A stretch of DNA of 32,000 nt, from assembly GCA_963674555.1 (NCBI GenBank), contig OY771429.1, positions 1,311,845 to 1,343,844 on the forward strand. The letters are read 5' to 3'. This stretch comes from an uncultured Anaerofustis sp. (GTDB lineage Bacteria; Bacillota; Clostridia; Eubacteriales; Anaerofustaceae). The stretch's first letter is position 1; each line of letters opens with the position of its first letter. Shown in pieces: positions 28,360-32,000 of this stretch. Position numbers and translations under genes: made by a program. The notes below the pieces were generated by a model, which worked only from the letters and a program-made list of their open reading frames with translations, did no database searches and had not been told where the DNA came from.

Positions 28360-28887
28360 ATGATGCACACCTTCATCTGCTTGAAAGGAGCTGATTTTAT
28401 CAACAGACTGCTTTATTATTCACAACTCGTTTTATTTTTTTCTCTTTTTTGGATCGCTTTGTTTGAGCGGTTCACGCTTAGCGTGATCATATCTGCGCCT
28501 TTTGTTGGGATCATTTCACTGTATCTTTCCGAGAAGTTCTTACAAAAAAACAGTTTCTATGAGCAATACCCTTTTTGTTTTTTCCGTGCGCTTCAATACG
28601 GCGTTTTTTTGTTGTTTCAAATCATCAGATCCGCTTTTATGCTCATCCCTATTATTTTCTCCGGCAAGGCTGATCCGAAGATCATCGAGATATCCACATC
28701 GCTTAATTCCGATTTCTTGATCTCGGTACTTGCGAATTCCATCACGCTTACACCGGGGACGATTACCGTTGACGTACGCGGGCAAAAATTATGGGTGCTG
28801 TGGGTCGCACCAAAAACGCTGGATACGACCCTTGCGGGAGAAATGATCAAAGGAGCATTGGAAAAAAGATTGGAGAGAGGGCTATGA
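28360..28887 (+). CDS. mrpE: Na+/H+ antiporter subunit E (MnhE/MrpE/MbhA-like)
   Basis: 'ITLTPGTITVDVRGQKLWVLWVAP' MnhE signature; start codon uncertain (see findings). Confidence 0.87.
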   Translation: MMHTFICLKGADFINRLLYYSQLVLFFSLFWIALFERFTLSVIISAPFVGIISLYLSEKFLQKNSFYEQYPFCFFRALQYGVFLLFQIIRSAFMLIPIIFSGKADPKIIEISTSLNSDFLISVLANSITLTPGTITVDVRGQKLWVLWVAPKTLDTTLAGEMIKGALEKRLERGL

Positions 28888-29135
28888 ATTATATTTTATA
28901 CGCATTGGTCATATTGATAGCGATAAGTGTTCTGCGTATCTTGCTCGGTCCCGGTCTGTGGGATCGGTTGCTCGGTTTTAACTTAGTCACATCAAAACTC
29001 ATCATGCTTATCGTTCTTATAGCCTCTCTGCGCGGTGAAAGCTTTTTACTTGATATTGCATTGGTCTATGCACTTTTAAGCTTTTCGGGCGTGATCTTTT
29101 TCTCGGTATATTTACAAAGAAAGGGGCGTTATTAA
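28884..29135 (+). CDS. mrpF: Monovalent cation/H+ antiporter subunit F (MrpF/MbhB-like)
   Basis: 'MNYILYALVILIAISVLRILLGPGLWDRLLGFNLVTSKLIMLIVLIA'. ATGA overlap with subunit E; start reassigned from track 28791. Confidence 0.9.
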   Translation: MNYILYALVILIAISVLRILLGPGLWDRLLGFNLVTSKLIMLIVLIASLRGESFLLDIALVYALLSFSGVIFFSVYLQRKGRY

Positions 29136-29428
29136 TGTGGTATTTGATCGGATTGATCGTTATCGTTATCGGAATGATCTTCGTCAGCATCGGAACATTC
29201 GGTGTAAATCGATTTAAAAATTTTTACTACCGCGCGCTTGTAGCGGCGCAGATCGATACGGTCGGTTATTCGGTCTTGCTCTGCGGTGTGATGATACAAA
29301 ACGGGTTCTCTTTCTTTACGTTGAAAGTCTTGTTTATCCTTATCATTACGTTGATCATCAACCCGTTGGTAACGCATTCCGTTACGCGTTCGGCATTTTA
29401 CAGCGGATATAAGATAGGGAGGGAATAG
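29135..29428 (+). CDS. mrpG: Monovalent cation/H+ antiporter subunit G (MrpG/MbhC-like)
   Basis: 97 aa, three TM: 'IGTFGVNRFKNFYYRALVAAQIDTVGYSVLLCGVMIQ'. TAATG overlap with subunit F. Confidence 0.88.
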   Translation: MWYLIGLIVIVIGMIFVSIGTFGVNRFKNFYYRALVAAQIDTVGYSVLLCGVMIQNGFSFFTLKVLFILIITLIINPLVTHSVTRSAFYSGYKIGRE

Positions 29429-29430
29429 AT

Positions 29431-29973
29431 ATGCTCAAATTGATTTTAATACTCCTTGTCATCACAGCGATCTTTGCCGTACAGACGAGAAGATTACGAC
29501 GATCGATCGTCTTTCTCGGCGTATTTTCGCTGAGTATCTCATTTGCGTATATGCTCTATCAAGCACCGGATGTCGCGGTTGCGGAAGCCGTGATCGGTTG
29601 TACGATATCCGTTATTCTTTTCGTTGTCGCATTACAACAATATAAGCTCTTTACGATCTATTATGTGCGCGATCATGAACGTTTGGGCGTAAGTTCGTTT
29701 TTGCCTGTTGACCAAAGCAGACTGATAAGAGTGCTTGAGAAATTTTGCGCTAAGCAAGAGCTTGAACCGCAGATCATATATTCGGATGAAATGCTCAAAG
29801 ATATCATCAACACACATCCGTACGCCTTGATCATCGAAGAACGAAAGAACGAGCTTATGATCTACGGTCATCCTGAAAATTATAAACTTGACGCGTTAGA
29901 AACCTTTTTGCAAGAAGATTCACAGTTTGATCACCCCTATCGTATCGTTAAAGTAGAGGAGATGATCTTATGA
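29431..29973 (+). CDS. MbhD/DUF4040-type subunit with about 100-aa C-terminal soluble extension
   Basis: 'YMLYQAPDVAVAEAVIGCTISVILFVVALQQYKLF' matches the MbhD/MrpA C-terminal motif (APDVAxxEA). The rest is hydrophilic. Confidence 0.82.
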   Translation: MLKLILILLVITAIFAVQTRRLRRSIVFLGVFSLSISFAYMLYQAPDVAVAEAVIGCTISVILFVVALQQYKLFTIYYVRDHERLGVSSFLPVDQSRLIRVLEKFCAKQELEPQIIYSDEMLKDIINTHPYALIIEERKNELMIYGHPENYKLDALETFLQEDSQFDHPYRIVKVEEMIL

Positions 29974-30239
29974 GGCGCGCGATCATAGCAATCTTCGTAT
30001 TGATCATCTGTGTGGTTTTTTTGATCGGTGCGAATGATATCGAACCTGTTTCGGTCGGCCCGATGGCATCATATTATGTCGCAAATGCTTATCAAGAAAC
30101 GGGTGCGGAAAACGCGATAACATCGATCTATTTATATTACCGTTATTACGACACGATGTTTGAGACGATGATGTTACTGCTCAGTATCATCGGCGTGATC
30201 TATATGTCTGTGCATAAAGGAGAAGAATACGATGGATGA
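29970..30239 (+). CDS. MbhE-like subunit (MrpA C-terminal/MnhB N-terminal-like)
   Basis: 89 aa, two TM; 'YYVANAYQETGAENAITSIYLYYRYYDTMFETMMLLLSIIGVI' resembles the MbhE/MrpA 'TG..N.V..IL..fR..DTl.E' motif. Confidence 0.8.
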   Translation: MRRAIIAIFVLIICVVFLIGANDIEPVSVGPMASYYVANAYQETGAENAITSIYLYYRYYDTMFETMMLLLSIIGVIYMSVHKGEEYDG

Positions 30240-30618
30240 ACGTTCAAAATTGCTTTCAAACGCATTGGGCTTCATGTTCCCGTTGATCATCATCTTCGGT
30301 GTCTATATGATATTAAACGGTCATGTTTCACCGGGGGGAGGATTTCAGGGCGGAACGATATTAGCGTCCGTGTTTATTTGCAGATATCTTATCGACTCTG
30401 CGGACAGCATTTCACTTAAAAAGATACAAGCCGCGGAAAAGACTGCATTGTTTTTTATCATTTTCTTGGCAGTCGGGTATGTGGGCATTTTCTTAAACGC
30501 TCGCATGGATCCCATGCATGTTTACTATTTTTATGTCATGAACTGTTTGATCGGGTTGGAAGTCGCTTGCGGCATGACGATCTTGTTTTACAGGTTCGTA
30601 TTGTATGAATCGAGGTGA
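30232..30618 (+). CDS. mrpB: MnhB domain-containing Na+/H+ antiporter subunit B (MbhF-like)
   Basis: 'FGVYMILNGHVSPGGGFQGGTILASVFICRYL' is the MnhB signature. Confidence 0.9.
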   Translation: MDERSKLLSNALGFMFPLIIIFGVYMILNGHVSPGGGFQGGTILASVFICRYLIDSADSISLKKIQAAEKTALFFIIFLAVGYVGIFLNARMDPMHVYYFYVMNCLIGLEVACGMTILFYRFVLYESR

Positions 30619-30624
30619 GGTGTA

Positions 30625-30996
30625 GTGTTGTACAAAATATACGACGCGATCAACGCGGAAAATATCAGCATCATATTATTTTTTATCGGCGTTTACGGCT
30701 TATGCGCGCGTCGAAATATCTTAAAATCGATCATTAGCCTCAGCCTCATGCAAGCGGCGATCATACTGTTTTTTGTATCTATAAATCATTCAACAGATAC
30801 GACAGTACCGATCGGTTCGGAGCTTGCGTCGATGCCCGCAGTCGCAGACCCGCTTCCTCAGGCGCTTATGATAACGGCTGTGGTGGTCGGTGTTTCCGTT
30901 ACTGCGCTCAGCCTTACCATGTTTATCACGCTGTATCACAAATACGGGACGACGAACTGGGGTAAAGTACACAAAAAGAGAGAGGAGATACATTAA
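30625..30996 (+). CDS. mrpC: Na+/H+ antiporter subunit C (NuoK-like, MbhG-like)
   Basis: 'IGVYGLCARRNILKSIISLSLMQAAIILFFVS', 'ADPLPQALMITAVVVGVSVTALSLTMFI'. Confidence 0.9.
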   Translation: MLYKIYDAINAENISIILFFIGVYGLCARRNILKSIISLSLMQAAIILFFVSINHSTDTTVPIGSELASMPAVADPLPQALMITAVVVGVSVTALSLTMFITLYHKYGTTNWGKVHKKREEIH

Positions 30997-32000
30997 TGCC
31001 TCGCTTATTGCTGCTTGTAATGCTGCCGATCCTTTGCGGATTGATCCTTTATATTGTACAAACGCGTTTGACAAAGGCCTTTACGATCACCGTACAGATC
31101 TATTTGTTGCTCATCAGCATTGTTTTTGCTTTTCAATTAAATGGCGGGATGATCGATGAAGCATTGATATCTTCTCCGCTTCCGTACGGTATGATACTGC
31201 GGTTGGATATGCTTTCAGCGGTAATGGTCATATTAAACAATTTTCTTTTTATGGCAATGGTCGTTTTCAGCATGCGAAGAAGTTATATGAATCGTTTGTT
31301 TACTTTTTTATTTTTAAGTTTACAGGGGCTTATAAATGCGGTGTTTTTATCGGCTGATATCTTTAACGTGTATATCGTTCTTGAAGTTGCTACTGTCGCG
31401 GTAAGTGTGTTGATCATGTTTAAAAAAGACAGCCAATCGATGTATGACGGGATGGTCTATTTGCTCGTTAATATGGTCGCTATGGCATTCTTTTTGTTCG
31501 GTATCGGCTATTTGTATAAACAATTCGGTGTTTTGGATTTCGACAGTATCAAAGCGCAGATCGATCTTCTTGGTGGCGGAAAATCGTTGTATTTGCCGTT
31601 CTCGTTGCTACTCACGGGTGTCGGCTTGAAAGCGGCGCTTATGCCGCTGTTCAGTTGGCTACCGAAAGCGCATGGCACACCGAGCGCGCCTTCAGCGGTA
31701 TCCGCTATCCTCTCAGGTATTTTTGTTAAGATCGGTATCTATTTGATCGTACGCATGCAATTTATTTTTCAAAACGCGATCAATGTCGATTCACTGCTTT
31801 TGGTCATGGGTTTCCTTACGGCGATCTTAGGGTTTGTTTTTGCCATATCGCAAAATGACATCAAATTGATCCTTGCCTATCACACAGTTTCCCAGATCGG
31901 ATTGATCTTAATAGGGGTCAGCGGAGCGTTGGATTTCAATCGCCTGGGTGGTATCTATCACCTATTGGCACACGGGTTGTTCAAGGCCGCGTTATTTTTG
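30996..32000 (+). CDS. mrpD: Proton-conducting antiporter subunit D-like (MrpD/MbhH, NuoL/M/N family), truncated at window end and absent from the ORF track
   Basis: Hand-translated from ATG 30996, with no stop to 32000: 'MPRLLLLVMLPILCGLILYIVQT...', 'FNVYIVLEVATVAVSVLIMF', 'GLKAALMPLFSWLPKAHGTPSAPSAVSAILSGIFVKIGIYLIVR'. TAATG overlap with subunit C. Confidence 0.9.
   Translation, partial: MPRLLLLVMLPILCGLILYIVQTRLTKAFTITVQIYLLLISIVFAFQLNGGMIDEALISSPLPYGMILRLDMLSAVMVILNNFLFMAMVVFSMRRSYMNRLFTFLFLSLQGLINAVFLSADIFNVYIVLEVATVAVSVLIMFKKDSQSMYDGMVYLLVNMVAMAFFLFGIGYLYKQFGVLDFDSIKAQIDLLGGGKSLYLPFSLLLTGVGLKAALMPLFSWLPKAHGTPSAPSAVSAILSGIFVKIGIYLIVRMQFIFQNAINVDSLLLVMGFLTAILGFVFAISQNDIKLILAYHTVSQIGLILIGVSGALDFNRLGGIYHLLAHGLFKAALFL

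Noticed and set aside
1-32000. CRISPR array, tRNA/rRNA, transposase, integrase or phage genes
   Set aside because: No regularly spaced direct repeats, no tRNA-like cloverleaf I could recognise, and no mobile element protein motifs in the translated frames.

Overview
This 32 kb window looks like Firmicutes-type chromosome, mostly conserved housekeeping and accessory metabolism. I found no convincing tRNA, rRNA, CRISPR array, prophage or transposase.

Left to right:
- 3' end of a trehalose-6-phosphate synthase/phosphatase.
- marR-MATE efflux operon with a palindromic operator-like site overlapping its promoter.
- Acetoin/acetate module: acuABC divergent from acsA.
- ABC exporter; Lcl/DUF1566-type lipoprotein; Ca/Na antiporter; flavodoxin-like reductase; VOC protein; small membrane proteins.
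- SnoaL-like protein, SDR and convergent CrtI-like oxidoreductase.
- Fe-S aldo/keto reductase.
- Nickel-pincer-nucleotide cofactor genes larC-larE-larB without larA, followed by a D-2-hydroxyacid dehydrogenase and a polar amino-acid ABC transporter.
- 5'-nucleotidase/metallophosphatase.
- An AT-rich, GATC-free island carrying a DUF2971-like gene.
- An Mrp/Mbh-type cation antiporter cluster (E-F-G-MbhD-MbhE-B-C-D) that runs off the right edge.

No clearly new system can be claimed. The best candidates for follow-up are the larA-less Lar operon with its neighbours, the Mbh-ordered antiporter cluster with an extended MbhD subunit, and the DUF2971 island.
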